Assembly: GCA_028534125.1 (NCBI GenBank) | Contig: CM052818.1 | Location: 10,666,001 to 10,730,000, forward strand | Source: Lama glama | Lineage: Eukaryota | DNA length: 64,000 nucleotides | Reading direction: 5' to 3' | In this document: piece by piece, positions 63,001 through 64,000 of the stretch | How positions within the stretch are numbered: the stretch's first letter is position 1 | How the letters are laid out: each line of letters starts with the position of its first letter | Notes under the pieces: generated by a model | The model's database searches: none | What the model saw: only the letters and a program-made list of their open reading frames with translations | What the model was told of the DNA's origin: nothing | Program-made: the position numbers and the translations under genes

Positions 63001-64000
63001 CAGTGGAACAAGTGTCCCAGGTGATTCTAACTCAGGGGATCATCAGGAACACACTTTGAAATTCTCAACTCACCTGTGATCTTTAATGATTTAACTTTCT
63101 GGGCTTTCATTTTCTTATTTATAAAATTTAATTCCAGACCATCTCTGTGTCACCGTATTGTAAAAAGTAAGTGTTCCCTTGGGAATATTATACAAAGACA
63201 ATTTTTTTTTAAAATAGGCTATTCATTTAATTTTACTTTTGTTTCAATAGCTAAGTTGGGAGATAATTTACTAGGAGATAATTCACATTTTGGCCACTGG
63301 GTTGGAAAGTCATGCTGTGGAACACTTGTAACCAACTTATTTTGCTTCTTTCCAGTATTCATTGTAAGTGGATTTCCCTTTTGTGTATGTGTGTGTTTGA
63401 GACAGATGGCAACTTTACAGCATGATGTTAGAAGAAAAAGTGTTTGGAAAGGGAAGAAGGAAGGCAAACAAGAAAAGCAAGCCTTGAATAAGCAATTTTT
63501 CTTAAAAGGAATACATTCTGGGACAGTTTATTTTTGTGATCTGCCTGGAATTTGGGGACAATGTGCTAGAATTCTCTTTTTGCCTTCAGCTGGCAAGCAG
63601 CCTAAAATAGGTGGGGACTTGGAAGAGAGACACAGTGTTTCTATTAAAATAAGGCTTTATTGAAAGCAGGACCAGTGGCTAAAGTTAGTCCTTGGCTTTT
63701 TTAAGGCACTATGGCTGGGTCTATGTGAGCATTGAAGTGGGGAATGGAAACTATTATCCAACTAGGGCACTTGGGCTCAAATATCTAAGTACATATCTTC
63801 AAATCATTCCAGGCCAAGTGGTGCGCTGTTTTTGGAAGAAAATATGAGTTATTTGGATGACTTCCTTAATTTCCCACTTTATTTATGGGGTAAATATGGT
63901 CTATATTTGAGCTGAGAATGAGTTTAATGTATTCTCCTCTTCCAGAAATACTTCTCTATAGTGTTTCTTCCATTCGATTTGGGGTTGTTACAGCTAATGC

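Noticed and set aside
63076..63663. Longest ORF in the track (195 aa)
   Set aside because: Non-ATG start, F/K-rich low-complexity composition, runs through a TG repeat, and has no recognisable domain.
1..64000. CRISPR array, operon, prophage or other prokaryotic-type system
   Set aside because: There are no regularly spaced repeats or long ORFs. The sequence is repeat-laden mammalian DNA throughout.

Overview
This window is non-coding mammalian genomic DNA, probably from a camelid (alpaca, llama or camel). That assignment rests on two tRNA-derived SINEs of the camelid vic-1 type and the absence of recognisable Alu, Bov-tA/BovB, PRE-1, ERE or SINEC elements. I can support no host protein-coding exon. 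The only ORFs with recognisable products are LINE-1 ORF2 remnants. The window is a mosaic of old repeats (MIR, L2, CR1/L3, L1M, MER21, MLT1, hAT-Charlie and Tigger elements) and a few younger insertions with target-site duplications (TSDs). Between them lie several repeat-free blocks rich in homeodomain, TALE, SOX, TCF, FOX and nuclear-receptor motifs, as expected for a gene desert or large intron near a developmental gene, which I cannot name. The most notable items are: (i) a ~520 bp CpG-rich ERV solo LTR nested in an old MER21 LTR, forming a small CpG island with YY1/Sp1 sites and a 62-codon ORF; (ii) a minus-strand terminal-exon-like unit at ~46.1-46.5 kb; (iii) three atypical L1 insertions; (iv) PBX-HOX/MEIS motif clusters; (v) a perfect 12-bp hairpin. 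I see no evidence of a new multi-gene system. Repeat family names come from recalled consensus sequences, and repeat boundaries are approximate unless TSDs are given.
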